Notes under the pieces: model-generated
What the model was told of the DNA's origin: nothing
Database searches by the model: none
The model's input: only the letters and a program-made list of their open reading frames with translations
IMG/VR virus record: IMGVR_UViG_3300042507_002066
Source: an uncultured virus (IMG/VR IMGVR_UViG_3300042507_002066)
Taxonomy: Duplodnaviria; Heunggongvirae; Uroviricota; Caudoviricetes
Length of the DNA: 64,000 nucleotides
Reading direction: 5' to 3' (one strand)
Position numbers and translations under genes: made by a program
Part shown: in pieces, positions 29,277-39,026 of the stretch
How positions within the stretch are numbered: position 1 is the stretch's first letter
Layout: each line of letters begins with the position of its first letter

Positions 29277-29815
29277 GACGCTTCCTTTCTTCTACTATGC
29301 ATTATATCTATCGTTAAGTTCTTAAAGAACATTTTTTCGGGTTGGTGTAGCATCCACTCAACTACATTTGCGATGTAATCCGTATCTATGCGTGGGTATT
29401 CTTTTTTGGAATCCGTCATTGGAGTGTTCATTCTTCCAAGTTTTAAATGAATGACTTTGCAGCCGGTGTCAATTAACTGAAGCTGAGAACAAGCTTTTTC
29501 CAATGCAGATTTATGAATAGCATATTCATTAACGGTGTCTTTATTACCGTCAGCGCTTACACTTCCAATGTTAATGATTGTGCAGTTTCTATATTTATTT
29601 TGTTCAAATAACTTATATAATAGATCAACTTGCGCATAAGCATGATACGCGTTATTAATATAGACATCAAAATTTTCTATTAAAAATGACTCGACACCAT
29701 TTGAAAGATTGTGTCCGTTTGACCTACTGAGACCTATTGTGTGATGTTTCTCTGATAGTCTATCGTATAGCGTCTTGCCAAGACCGCTAGTATGACCAGT
29801 TACTACTACCTTCAT
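29273..29815 (-). CDS. Short-chain dehydrogenase/reductase
   Basis: TGHTSGLG, INNA, INIGS, YxxxK (YAIHK). Confidence 0.8.
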   Translation of the reverse strand: MKVVVTGHTSGLGKTLYDRLSEKHHTIGLSRSNGHNLSNGVESFLIENFDVYINNAYHAYAQVDLLYKLFEQNKYRNCTIINIGSVSADGNKDTVNEYAIHKSALEKACSQLQLIDTGCKVIHLKLGRMNTPMTDSKKEYPRIDTDYIANVVEWMLHQPEKMFFKNLTIDIMHSRRKEAS

Positions 29816-30789
29816 GTTATACTGTGTCTTTCAATATCGCATGCGACCATCTCGCATATCATAGACTCAAACGAATACTTTGGTTCCCAACCAAGTAGTC
29901 TCTTTGCTTTGTCCGAGTCTGCGTGTAGGCTGTGAAGCTCATTCGGTCTTTGGAATTCATTATCGGATACTACATAGTCTTCCCAGTTTGATATCCCAGC
30001 CGCCAAGAACGCGATCCTGCATAGATCCCTTACGCTGTGTTTAACTCCAGTTGCAATGATAAAGTCTTCAGGTTTGTCCTGTTGCAACATTAACCACTGA
30101 GCACGTACGTAATCCTTTGCATGACCCCAATCGCGTTCTGCATCTAGGTTACCAAGGATAATCTTATCACCCTTTCCAGTTACGATTCTTGCAACGCCGT
30201 CGGTTATCTTTCTTGAGACGAACTCTATTCCACGAATAGGAGACTCGTGATTGAATAGAATACCTGTGCAGGCAAAAGCATCGTAGCTCTCTCTATAGTT
30301 TCGTGTAATGTGGTATCCATAGAGTTTAGCAATGCCGTATGGACTTACTGGTTCGAAAGGTGTCTTTTCTGTCTGCCTTCCGTCTATACTACTGTTTCCA
30401 AACATCTCGCTCGTACCAGCTTGATAGAACTTAGTATCAGGTTTGATACGACGAATTGCCTCAAGACAATTAAGAGGACCGAGCGCATCAACGTGAGTAG
30501 TTACATAAGCAAGTCTCCAAGATCCACCAACGAAGCTCTGTGCTGCGAGGTTGTAGAACTCGTCGGGTTGCACTATCTCCATTACATCCATCAGGCTACA
30601 TGGATCAGTAACATCTCCTACGATTGTCTTAAGACCCTTACTAAATAAATCTAGAAACTCTATGTTGCTCCAATTTGGACTTGTATATCTCTTAACGACT
30701 CCGTATACAACGTAACCTTTTTCTAACAAGAAATCAGCAAGGTAACATGCATCTTGGCCAGGGAATCCTGTAATTAGCGCAGTCTTCAT
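29812..30789 (-). CDS. gmd: GDP-mannose 4,6-dehydratase
   Basis: LITGFPGQD, YNLAAQSFV, SPYGIAK, LFNHESP, RDWGHAKDYV. Confidence 0.93.
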   Translation of the reverse strand: MKTALITGFPGQDACYLADFLLEKGYVVYGVVKRYTSPNWSNIEFLDLFSKGLKTIVGDVTDPCSLMDVMEIVQPDEFYNLAAQSFVGGSWRLAYVTTHVDALGPLNCLEAIRRIKPDTKFYQAGTSEMFGNSSIDGRQTEKTPFEPVSPYGIAKLYGYHITRNYRESYDAFACTGILFNHESPIRGIEFVSRKITDGVARIVTGKGDKIILGNLDAERDWGHAKDYVRAQWLMLQQDKPEDFIIATGVKHSVRDLCRIAFLAAGISNWEDYVVSDNEFQRPNELHSLHADSDKAKRLLGWEPKYSFESMICEMVACDIERHSIT

Positions 30790-31946
30790 TTTATGTTCCT
30801 TATTATATCTGCGACCATGTTTATATTATCGACCAAGTTAACACAGTCGTTTCCTATAAAGAATCCATTTTCATGAAGATCATCCGCACCTTCAAACGTT
30901 CCAACACTATCCCAGTTCAAAAGATTGATCACTGGGTTCTTCATAAAGTTTCCTGCTACGATCGGTCTAGTTTCAACTTCATTCTCTGTGAGGATCTGAA
31001 TGACTTCTTTTCTTCTTCCCTTTAGATGTCCTTCTAGGACTAATCCAAAACCAAACCAACTACTGGTACCATGTTCTGATTGTAATCTAATACCAGGGAC
31101 GTTACGAAATGCGGCTTTGGCTGCGGTCGCGTTCTGTCTACGCTTCGTCATCATATCTGGCCACTTCCTGAGTTGCTCTTGCCCAACGGCGCCGCTCATC
31201 TCAAGCGGACGAACACAGTAACCAGGAAGAACAAACTTAAAGCTATCCTCGAACGGATCGCCAGTTTTCTGATGTAGAGTACTACCTTCAGACATATCAC
31301 GTATCCAACCGTGAGCTCTCAGACTCTTTAGATACTCGTATGTTAGGTCGTCGTTCGTAAGAACCATTCCGCCTTCCATAGTCTGCATATGATGGCTAAA
31401 GAAGAAACTAAACGTGCCCATCTCACCAATGGATCCACAGAATGATGAACCTTCCCAAGCTCCTAGACTCTCACAGTTATCCTCAAGAAGAGCAATGCTG
31501 CGTTCGTCGCATATCGTCTTAAGTTCTTCAAGTTCTGCTGGGTTACCTAGTAGGTTCACAACAAATACGGCTGCCGTATCTTCATCGATCGCCGCAATCA
31601 CTTTCTTTGTATTAATATTGAACGTGTTAGGATCAACATCAACAAAGCGAAGCTTATATCCCCACTGATGTACTGGGAAATACGTTGTACTCCAACTCAC
31701 AGCAGGAACAACGATGTTTCCTTTATTCTTGTACTTAGGATTGAGAGCGAGCGCAGCAAGTGCTATTAAGTTAGCACTACTTCCGCTATTCGTCATGACT
31801 GCATATTTACTACCGAAGAACTTAGCGAATTGCTTTTCAAACTTCTTAACCTCTTCACCCATAGTATATCGCCCACTTGCGATTACTCGATGAATAGCAT
31901 CTATTTCTTCCTGGCCCCAAGTATCACTCGCAAGTTTGTATTTCAT
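30786..31946 (-). CDS. colD: ColD-type GDP-4-keto-6-deoxymannose 3-dehydratase (DegT family)
   Basis: NSGSSANL, EDNCESLG, and FSFFFSHHMQTMEGG with His in place of the PLP-binding Lys. Confidence 0.8.
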   Translation of the reverse strand: MKYKLASDTWGQEEIDAIHRVIASGRYTMGEEVKKFEKQFAKFFGSKYAVMTNSGSSANLIALAALALNPKYKNKGNIVVPAVSWSTTYFPVHQWGYKLRFVDVDPNTFNINTKKVIAAIDEDTAAVFVVNLLGNPAELEELKTICDERSIALLEDNCESLGAWEGSSFCGSIGEMGTFSFFFSHHMQTMEGGMVLTNDDLTYEYLKSLRAHGWIRDMSEGSTLHQKTGDPFEDSFKFVLPGYCVRPLEMSGAVGQEQLRKWPDMMTKRRQNATAAKAAFRNVPGIRLQSEHGTSSWFGFGLVLEGHLKGRRKEVIQILTENEVETRPIVAGNFMKNPVINLLNWDSVGTFEGADDLHENGFFIGNDCVNLVDNINMVADIIRNIK

Positions 31947-32824
31947 TTTATAGGTCCCTTCCATTGTGTTGCACCGTTTATGAATTTGAATGTTTTCTTG
32001 TCTTTTATTTCTTCCATCGTAAACTGACCCCACGCAAGACTCGCGAATAGATGAAACCTTTCTTTTTCTTTTAAATGCTCTATCTCTTCAAATGAATGGG
32101 TTAACGGAAACGCGGCACAGTATCTTTCACATATCACAGGTATTCCTCTTTCCAATGCCGTAAGAGCTACTGCACTATTGAAAGCAACTACGCAGTAAGC
32201 ATTGTTTAGAACATCGTCAAGAGATTCTTCGTAATCGTGTTTTTCTTCGTACTTAACATTAATCATTAGATTATCCATGACAGGCCCGGTCTTTCTTCTA
32301 ACTACGATCGGCCTATCCGTGTATTGTTTTATTTTTTCTATAGTTTCAGCTTCCCAGTTTGTATGATTGAATACTCGAGCAACGGTATCGCTCGGTGGAA
32401 ACACGACAATATTTTGTTTCTTGTTAAAATTATAGTCTAAAAAGTTAATATCAAATAGTTTTAAACGATCACTGTTAACATCAGGTAATATGGTATTCTG
32501 AACAAATCCGTTTTTTACAACTCTCATCCAGTTTGGATATCTATAACCTGGTTTAAAGTATGCGTGATCTATGTAATAGAAATTCATATTATCATTCACG
32601 GCCATATCCAAAATATGAGCGTTTCCTCTTAGCAGACCAGCAAATACCACAGATTCATAACTAGGTAATAGCTTTTTAATTCTTAGATGCGGTGGTGCAT
32701 GCCGTGAAGTTTGGTGTTTGTATACATGATGACGTGTATAAACAATTTTTGCTTCGTTTGTGTAACCAAAAGATTTAACATACGAGTCTTGGTCTTTTTT
32801 TCCTGAAAGAAATGCGCACATCAT
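31943..32824 (-). CDS. KpsS/Capsule_synth-like GT-B glycosyltransferase
   Basis: YYIDHAYF, DRPIVVR, VAFNSAVALTALERGIPVI. Confidence 0.55.
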   Translation of the reverse strand: MMCAFLSGKKDQDSYVKSFGYTNEAKIVYTRHHVYKHQTSRHAPPHLRIKKLLPSYESVVFAGLLRGNAHILDMAVNDNMNFYYIDHAYFKPGYRYPNWMRVVKNGFVQNTILPDVNSDRLKLFDINFLDYNFNKKQNIVVFPPSDTVARVFNHTNWEAETIEKIKQYTDRPIVVRRKTGPVMDNLMINVKYEEKHDYEESLDDVLNNAYCVVAFNSAVALTALERGIPVICERYCAAFPLTHSFEEIEHLKEKERFHLFASLAWGQFTMEEIKDKKTFKFINGATQWKGPIK

Positions 32825-33612
32825 TTTACTTTGTTCCAGTATTCTGTGTTTCTCTTTACGACTAGATCCCTCTTATTACTAGTCCCTTTCTTTTTACGAG
32901 GACCCTTCATATGGTCCATAAACATACCGAGAGGCCCGTTAATGAAAGGATGATTATTCTTAATTGGTGGGCTAAGGTTATACCAGTGATCATCGTTAAA
33001 CTTTGTCTTTGCTGCATCATAAGTATGACAATCCGTCCACATATCAAGGCGAAAGATACTATCATCAATATAGTATTGCTTCCAAGCATTAAGAAACTCT
33101 TTGGATATTGGATGTTTCGTATTTAAGATATGAAAACCAGTTTCAGTGTACATCCAAGGGCGGGCAAGATATCCAGCGAACTTTTCGTTTGGGCACCAAC
33201 TGTTAATATCATTTACAGAGACAGATGAATGAGTTCTGCTATCGCCATCTAACCATATAAGAACATCTGTATCGTTCTCTTCAAGGAATTGGAACAAAGC
33301 AAACACTTTATGACTAAATCTTACTGCGTCGTATCTGTAATTTTTCTGACCTGCTTCAGATTTACTTCCGAGACCATTTGCTTCCAAGTTGTTCGCGTGT
33401 CTTTCTTTAAAAGCTATTAGATCTTTCTGATTTAATATCTTATATGTAACTCTCTCGTCTCGAATGAGTTCGTTCTTTGGAATAGGGTCGTCAACATACA
33501 CAGTTAATGATACTTCTTTTGGCCAGTATCGAATAAACCCATTGATGAGCAGCGATCCAGTCTCTCTGAACCCGCTTGTATTATAACAAGTTACTGCATT
33601 AATTCTTTTCAT
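32821..33612 (-). CDS. GT-A glycosyltransferase-like protein
   Basis: DAVRFSHKVFA, IWLDGD, TETGF, WTDCH, DHMKG. Confidence 0.65.
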   Translation of the reverse strand: MKRINAVTCYNTSGFRETGSLLINGFIRYWPKEVSLTVYVDDPIPKNELIRDERVTYKILNQKDLIAFKERHANNLEANGLGSKSEAGQKNYRYDAVRFSHKVFALFQFLEENDTDVLIWLDGDSRTHSSVSVNDINSWCPNEKFAGYLARPWMYTETGFHILNTKHPISKEFLNAWKQYYIDDSIFRLDMWTDCHTYDAAKTKFNDDHWYNLSPPIKNNHPFINGPLGMFMDHMKGPRKKKGTSNKRDLVVKRNTEYWNKVK

Positions 33613-34511
33613 ATCTTACCTACGTCTAAATATTTTGATACTTCTTTCCACAGGAGGCCATCTTTTATATCTTGAATACTGTAATGAGACATTGCTATCT
33701 TTTGGATCCAAGTTTCTCTATCTATTATATATGGACTTTCTAACATTGACATGTCATAATTTCCAACATCTGCCACCGGGCTCTTTTTCCAATCCGGGTC
33801 CATGATAAACACCGGAACGCCTTCAATCGCGCTAACGGCTCCAGGAGAACTGTTATATGTAATGGAACACCATGCGTTTTTTAAATCTTCTAAAATGCTT
33901 TTATTTCTCGATATGGTTACTCTACTTTTTTCTAAGTTACTAATGTATCCATTTACTAAATGATTATCGGTTGGGTGTAATCGAATGACAATATCTCTAT
34001 CGGAATATTCCCTTATCTTTTTTATCGTTGAAGTGCACCACTTTAATCCGTCTAAACCACACATAGTCCAACCGGAACTCTTTTGCATAAGTATGAGAAT
34101 ATGATCTCCGGTTTTTCTCCAAGGTTTAAGTTTGCATTCGGTTACCTTACTTATATTAGTCCATCTGTTTGGATCTATCTCTTTATCAAAATAATAACCA
34201 GTGTTTGCAAATATGCCGTTCATGCTGTATCTAAAATAAATGTTTTTACTTAGATAATTAAAGATGTTCCCATCAACAGTTAAAATGTGGCCGCAATGGT
34301 TTTTCTGTTTTTCTATGACGTATCTTCTAAACATATTATGAGGTGTATCGGATCCTGGCTTTGGCCATCCCTGTATGATAGCAAGATTGCATTTATTCCA
34401 AACCGAGTTTTTCACGACAGAGCAATTTGGAAATGTTTTTTGAATTGCCTCAAATCTTTCATCTTTTCTATCAGACTTTAGAGTTTTGTAAAATATAGAA
34501 GATGTAATCAC
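33609..34511 (-). CDS. KpsS/Capsule_synth-like GT-B glycosyltransferase
   Basis: HILILMQ, IVIRLHP, TYNSSPGAVSAIEGVPVF. Confidence 0.6.
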   Translation of the reverse strand: MITSSIFYKTLKSDRKDERFEAIQKTFPNCSVVKNSVWNKCNLAIIQGWPKPGSDTPHNMFRRYVIEKQKNHCGHILTVDGNIFNYLSKNIYFRYSMNGIFANTGYYFDKEIDPNRWTNISKVTECKLKPWRKTGDHILILMQKSSGWTMCGLDGLKWCTSTIKKIREYSDRDIVIRLHPTDNHLVNGYISNLEKSRVTISRNKSILEDLKNAWCSITYNSSPGAVSAIEGVPVFIMDPDWKKSPVADVGNYDMSMLESPYIIDRETWIQKIAMSHYSIQDIKDGLLWKEVSKYLDVGKI

Positions 34512-35053
34512 GATGAACCTCTAAGTAAAAATGTATCATCGTTAAATATGTTATTCAAACAGTAATTTCGTTCTGTTCCAAAGTCATGAGCGATACATTT
34601 TCTTCTCTCGTGCCAGGAATAAGATGCTTTCCAATCGAAGCCATATGCAAAAACTTTTTGTGGGTTCTGCTTCTTTATATAGTATAAGACTCTTAGACCA
34701 GTCGAAGATTTCTTTGGCAAGTTACCGTCTAACTGCTTTCTATCCTCATCAGAGAACACCAGATCTGCCATCTCTATATGCAATGGGGATACGTCTACAG
34801 TATCCATCTGCATCTTACGTACGTGTCTTGTATGAGGTTTATTAAAGTATGCTTTGTTTTGGTTAATGTTCTGCATACACCAGATATCAAGACGCGATCC
34901 CATCTGAGATGGAAACTCGGTGAAGCGATATCCACCACGGTTGATACGAACCACTACTTCTGCTCGATCTATTTCTTTACCGTACTTTTGTTGTAAGAGC
35001 GAAGCCGCATTACCAACAACCGCAACAGTTTTTCCTGCGAACCATTCTTTCAT
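34508..35053 (-). CDS. GT29-like glycosyltransferase paralog
   Basis: VAVVGNA..YGKEIDRAEVVVRIN; SSTGL; AYGFD; HDFGTE. Confidence 0.75.
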   Translation of the reverse strand: MKEWFAGKTVAVVGNAASLLQQKYGKEIDRAEVVVRINRGGYRFTEFPSQMGSRLDIWCMQNINQNKAYFNKPHTRHVRKMQMDTVDVSPLHIEMADLVFSDEDRKQLDGNLPKKSSTGLRVLYYIKKQNPQKVFAYGFDWKASYSWHERRKCIAHDFGTERNYCLNNIFNDDTFLLRGSS

Positions 35054-35078
35054 CGTTAACTCAGTTTTAGATAATAAA

Positions 35079-35126
35079 AAAGGAGGACTGTATCCTCCTT
35101 TAAAAGGAGGACTGTATCCTCCTTTA
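35079..35126 (-). repeat. Perfect 24-bp tandem duplication of a terminator-like hairpin
   Basis: aaaggaggactgtatcctccttta occurs twice; each copy folds into a 9-bp stem with a 5-nt loop. Confidence 0.85.
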
Positions 35127-35157
35127 TTTATTCAAACGATACAAATAAGATTTACTC

Positions 35158-35223
35158 TTACTTTCCGCCCTTTTTCTTTTCGGTGTTATCTTTGTGGAAG
35201 GTGTGATCTGGATCTATCATCAT
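35158..35223 (-). CDS. Putative 21-aa peptide
   Basis: MMIDPDHTFHKDNTEKKKGGK; ATGA overlap with the upstream stop. Confidence 0.4.
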   Translation of the reverse strand: MMIDPDHTFHKDNTEKKKGGK

Positions 35224-35390
35224 GCCCACCCTACTAAATTCTGATTTGATTTGATCTGCCACGGAGCTTCTTGGCGATCGATTCTTCGAATACGGTTCTC
35301 TAGGTCAGCAAGATCAGAAGAGTCTGCAAGATATTCATCAATATTATCTTTTTCGGTTCTTACTTTAAATAAATTTTTAAAATTAAACAC
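35220..35390 (-). CDS. DUF3563-like small protein
   Basis: GTG start after AAGGAGG; DEYLADSSDLADLENRIRRIDR motif. Confidence 0.65.
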   Translation of the reverse strand: MFNFKNLFKVRTEKDNIDEYLADSSDLADLENRIRRIDRQEAPWQIKSNQNLVGWA

Positions 35391-35553
35391 CGCGAGCCTC
35401 CTTACCATACGCAGCTTCAAACGCGATTTGATCGATAGAACTATAATGTAATCCTAGATCTTTGAGCTGATGTATGGTTAAAGAACTGAGTTCTTTGTAG
35501 GTTTTTCTATAGGTTCTGTTTCTAGAATACCACTTAACGAGTAGGGATATCAT
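35383..35553 (-). CDS. DUF1127 (YjiS-like) small protein, 56 aa (absent from the ORF track)
   Basis: MISLLVKWYSRNRTYRKTYKELSSLTIHQLKDLGLHYSSIDQIAFEAAYGKEARGV matches the EL..L....LKDxGL pattern. Confidence 0.75.
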   Translation of the reverse strand: MISLLVKWYSRNRTYRKTYKELSSLTIHQLKDLGLHYSSIDQIAFEAAYGKEARGV

Positions 35554-35717
35554 ACTGACACCCCTAGTCTTGGTGCGACACCATACTGCTTCATATGGAA
35601 GTATGCATAGTCGGCATCAGCTTTATACTCGGTGCGAGCCCAAGTAGCAAGTTCTTTATCAGATTCTGAACGGTGCGCGGTTTTTATTAGACCATCAAAA
35701 AGTCTTAGCGTTAGCAT
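35550..35717 (-). CDS. Small hypothetical protein
   Basis: MLTLRLFDG...LATWARTEY..DADYAY; GAGAG RBS. Confidence 0.6.
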   Translation of the reverse strand: MLTLRLFDGLIKTAHRSESDKELATWARTEYKADADYAYFHMKQYGVAPRLGVSV

Positions 35718-35785
35718 TATTTTCTCTCTTTCAATGTGTGTGTATTTTGTTGCCCGTAGTAGAATTACCACAGATTTAATGATAT

Positions 35786-35793
35786 TATTTATA
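35786..35793 (-). promoter_or_regulatory. T4-type late promoter
   Basis: Exact TATAAATA, just downstream of an AAATAGGTAAA/TTTACCTATTT palindrome. Confidence 0.65.
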
Positions 35794-35991
35794 GGAATAG
35801 TTTACTAAAATAGGTAAAAAAGGTTTACCTATTTAGAATAGCCGGTATTCGGTTATGTTATAGCTACTATTCGCTTACCTCGGCAAGATTATCTTCAACT
35901 GCTTTTAAACGGGTTGATCGTTGCGGCCTTTAGAGTCGTCTGGGTCTGTGTTCTGTGACGTACACAACGTTGTTATATTTTCTATACATAA

Positions 35992-37794
35992 TTAAACGCT
36001 GATCTCAACATAGACATCACCGGTTGCTGTGCCAAATGTGCGATAGATAAACACACCAGTTCTACCATCATTGACGTTAGGAGCAGTGTTATTCCCAGTG
36101 TGATTGCCAGCGTTAACGCCTGTTGTCACAGCACGATTGCTACCAGTATCATTCTTAACCAATACGGTCACAGTCTTGCCTGCTGTAATATTAGAGAACG
36201 CAATGACCGCAGTAGTAGTAAGTTCAACTAACACATTATGATCTGTAGCAAAGTCAATAGTCAGCGTGCCTGCCGCACCTAGTGTTCCAGCATCACGAGA
36301 TTGACCGTGATAGTTTCTAGCAGTAACAAGATTTGTGACGGTTAAGCTACCCAATGTGCCCACACTAGTCAAACTACTTGTAACTACATTGCTTGCTAAT
36401 GTTGTGCCAGTAACGTTTGCAGCAGCAACTGAACCGGCAGAGCCTGACACATTACCTGTTAATACCTTACCTGATTCAAGTGTAATACCTGTACTGTCCA
36501 CAGTGGCAATTTTAGCTAATGTCGTGGTGTTTATCGGAGTAGCCCACAATTCAATATAACCGCCTTGATTAGTTAAGGTTTGGTTACCTAACGCCTTATA
36601 GACAATACGTTGATTGGCTGTTCCTGGTATTATCGTGCCATTATGTGCGGTACCGCTGAGACGCATAATTTCTTCATCGGCCAACACCGCGGATGGTGAT
36701 GCTGCGGTATTATTATATCTTCTCGAAACAAACGCAGAAAATGCATTTTGTGAGTCATTGTATATTCTACTAGGTACGCCAGGTGACCCGGCAATACCTG
36801 TAACGTGTAACATAACTCCAGTGTTAACTGGCGATTGGAAAACTCCGCCCGAACCACCAATAATTTCAACAGCGCCTTCACTACTATTAGCGTTCGGCAC
36901 AAGTATACGAACTTTGCCGGATTCGTCTACTCTAAAAACGGCGCCATTTGCATCCGGGTCGATTGGATCATATGTATCTGGTGTATGCACATGAAAATTG
37001 CCGATAACATTAATAACACCATTGGCTGATGATACTATATCAATGTTTTGACCAAGATTCACTGAACTTAATGTAGCAGCACCATTAGCTGGAACTGTTG
37101 CTTGGAAGTCACCGAAACTAAAATCGAGCCCTTCAGAGCTAATGATAATTTGGCCTTGGTTATTGGTAGTGACACCGGGTCCTAATCTAACACCGCCTAT
37201 TATATCATTAGTTGCCGCGTTCAGTTGAAGTCTATCGGATCCATCTATCGTAAATGCAGTACCTATTTTTATCCCGCCAAGATCACTTGATGAAGCAACA
37301 GAAAGAGAAACTTCATTACTGCCATTTAAGTAAAGACCATCGCCAGTTTCTATCGTATCAAAGATGAATTTTTTGGTAGCTTGATCGTAAGTTAGATACT
37401 TGTTTGTGCCCACAGTTGCTGAATTAATATCATCTAATCTAGAAAAGTTAACTTCACCGCCACCACCGATTGACGACATTTGTTGTTGAATGCGCTGTAA
37501 GAACAAACCGTAATGATCGTTCATTTCTTTAAATGTTACAAATTTTTCGCTAGGTTCTCTTCGAAGAGGATCGTTCCATCTTTGAGTTTCTATATTTTCA
37601 GCCACATTACGTACAATAGGTTCGGATTTACGTGGACTATTTAAATAGTGCATCGTCTTTTTTACAACGTCTTCTTCCTCAATGGCCGTAGGCGCAATTA
37701 TAATTTCTTCTTTAAGATTTGGCTCTTGAGACTTCTTCTGTGCAGCTGCTGCTTCAAGAAGCATTTTCTTCAACTCGTTAATTGCATTACTCAT
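35992..37794 (-). CDS. Fibre-like virion structural protein
   Basis: RIQQQMSSIGGGGEV; repeated A(S/T)...GG(I/V)(K/R)(I/L)G units; G/T/S/N-rich beta-type C-terminus. Confidence 0.65.
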   Translation of the reverse strand: MSNAINELKKMLLEAAAAQKKSQEPNLKEEIIIAPTAIEEEDVVKKTMHYLNSPRKSEPIVRNVAENIETQRWNDPLRREPSEKFVTFKEMNDHYGLFLQRIQQQMSSIGGGGEVNFSRLDDINSATVGTNKYLTYDQATKKFIFDTIETGDGLYLNGSNEVSLSVASSSDLGGIKIGTAFTIDGSDRLQLNAATNDIIGGVRLGPGVTTNNQGQIIISSEGLDFSFGDFQATVPANGAATLSSVNLGQNIDIVSSANGVINVIGNFHVHTPDTYDPIDPDANGAVFRVDESGKVRILVPNANSSEGAVEIIGGSGGVFQSPVNTGVMLHVTGIAGSPGVPSRIYNDSQNAFSAFVSRRYNNTAASPSAVLADEEIMRLSGTAHNGTIIPGTANQRIVYKALGNQTLTNQGGYIELWATPINTTTLAKIATVDSTGITLESGKVLTGNVSGSAGSVAAANVTGTTLASNVVTSSLTSVGTLGSLTVTNLVTARNYHGQSRDAGTLGAAGTLTIDFATDHNVLVELTTTAVIAFSNITAGKTVTVLVKNDTGSNRAVTTGVNAGNHTGNNTAPNVNDGRTGVFIYRTFGTATGDVYVEISV

Positions 37795-39026
37795 TATCGT
37801 TGCCATCCCTTTATGTATTCCGCGGAGAAGTTTGCTTTACTAAATTCGAGTCGGTCTACAAGTTTAACTGCGTTCTTACCCATGTGGTCGATTGCGACAA
37901 AACCTTCCTGCTCGGTTACCTTATACCCGTCAGCTGTCTTGAGGAAGGTACCAATTCTCTTTGCTCTATCGAGCTTTCGTATGATTAATAGTTTTGCGTC
38001 TATGATATGATTGTATAGATCAAACATCGCTACGATCTGAGATCTCTGAGTCTTGTCAAAGTAAGACATTACTTCGTCTTTTTTAGCCATCACAGCCTTC
38101 TTGCCAGCGTCTGTCTTTTTCTTTTCAATCTCGCCGTCGTAGTATCGGTTCAGATATACGATTAGGTCGTTGACGAACACCGCAGAGTTGCGAACTCTTT
38201 CTCCCTGACGGATCTTGGAGTTTACGAAGGTCTTTACTCTCATAAGTCTCTCTTCGTTCTCAGAGATGCCGTTAAGTGTCTCCCTCTTAATCGAGTTGAA
38301 GAGCTTTCCTGCCTTGGATAGTATCTCAGTGACGGCTTCGGTCTCGTTTGAAGTAAAGTTAGCTGTTCCGGACACGTCTTTATAGACGGCGTCGACGGAC
38401 CAGACAGAATTTACTTTCTTAAGGCCGCTTGCGATCTCTTCTCCAAAACTCGCTGACATTGTTTCAAAAGAGTCTCCTCTGTATCGAGTGTGCCATACCA
38501 CTCCGATCTTAGATCTGAGGATTTCCTTAGCAAGCTTGCTGTTTTCAGGTACCGCGTAAACAATCGTATTAGGATGAAAAGTAATATGCGGTTCATCATT
38601 AATGTTAACTTCTTTGATATCTTCTCTCGCATATAGAAAGTCACCTTGTATCACACCCTTGATGCCAAGCTTTGGAAGCTCAGCAAGAGCAAGTTTCAAT
38701 TTTGTATTCAAATCGCCTGAGGTATCGGCATCAATGTCTTCGTCTGTTTTATAGACCTTTGGATTCTTGTTGAAGATACCCTTCTTAGCGACGAAGAACT
38801 TACGGTCAGAAGGGTCTATTCCAGCGAATACGGCAGGTGCGCCATCCCACTTAACGGTTACGTTGATAGGAGCTTTAGATCTTCCAGCAAGCATGTCTCG
38901 AAGCGAGCGGAGGAAGTTGATTGACGAACGAGTTCCATCAACACCGAGGTTTAGAATGGCATCTTCAAGGTGCTCCATATGGAGATTCTTTTCCTCGGCG
39001 AGGTATTCTCTAAAAGTTATCATCAT
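37794..39026 (-). CDS. DUF6267-like protein with ligase-type nucleotidyltransferase motifs and CTS-like leader
   Basis: MITFREYLAEE; TVKWDG (I), IQGDFL (III), EGFV (IV), AVKLV (V). Confidence 0.6.
   Translation of the reverse strand: MMITFREYLAEEKNLHMEHLEDAILNLGVDGTRSSINFLRSLRDMLAGRSKAPINVTVKWDGAPAVFAGIDPSDRKFFVAKKGIFNKNPKVYKTDEDIDADTSGDLNTKLKLALAELPKLGIKGVIQGDFLYAREDIKEVNINDEPHITFHPNTIVYAVPENSKLAKEILRSKIGVVWHTRYRGDSFETMSASFGEEIASGLKKVNSVWSVDAVYKDVSGTANFTSNETEAVTEILSKAGKLFNSIKRETLNGISENEERLMRVKTFVNSKIRQGERVRNSAVFVNDLIVYLNRYYDGEIEKKKTDAGKKAVMAKKDEVMSYFDKTQRSQIVAMFDLYNHIIDAKLLIIRKLDRAKRIGTFLKTADGYKVTEQEGFVAIDHMGKNAVKLVDRLEFSKANFSAEYIKGWQR

Noticed and set aside
27542..35053. DNA hypermodification (glycosylated base) system
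   Set aside because: No hydroxymethylase or similar base-modifying gene in the window, thyA looks canonical, and the enzyme families point to surface glycans; not excluded for the rest of the genome.
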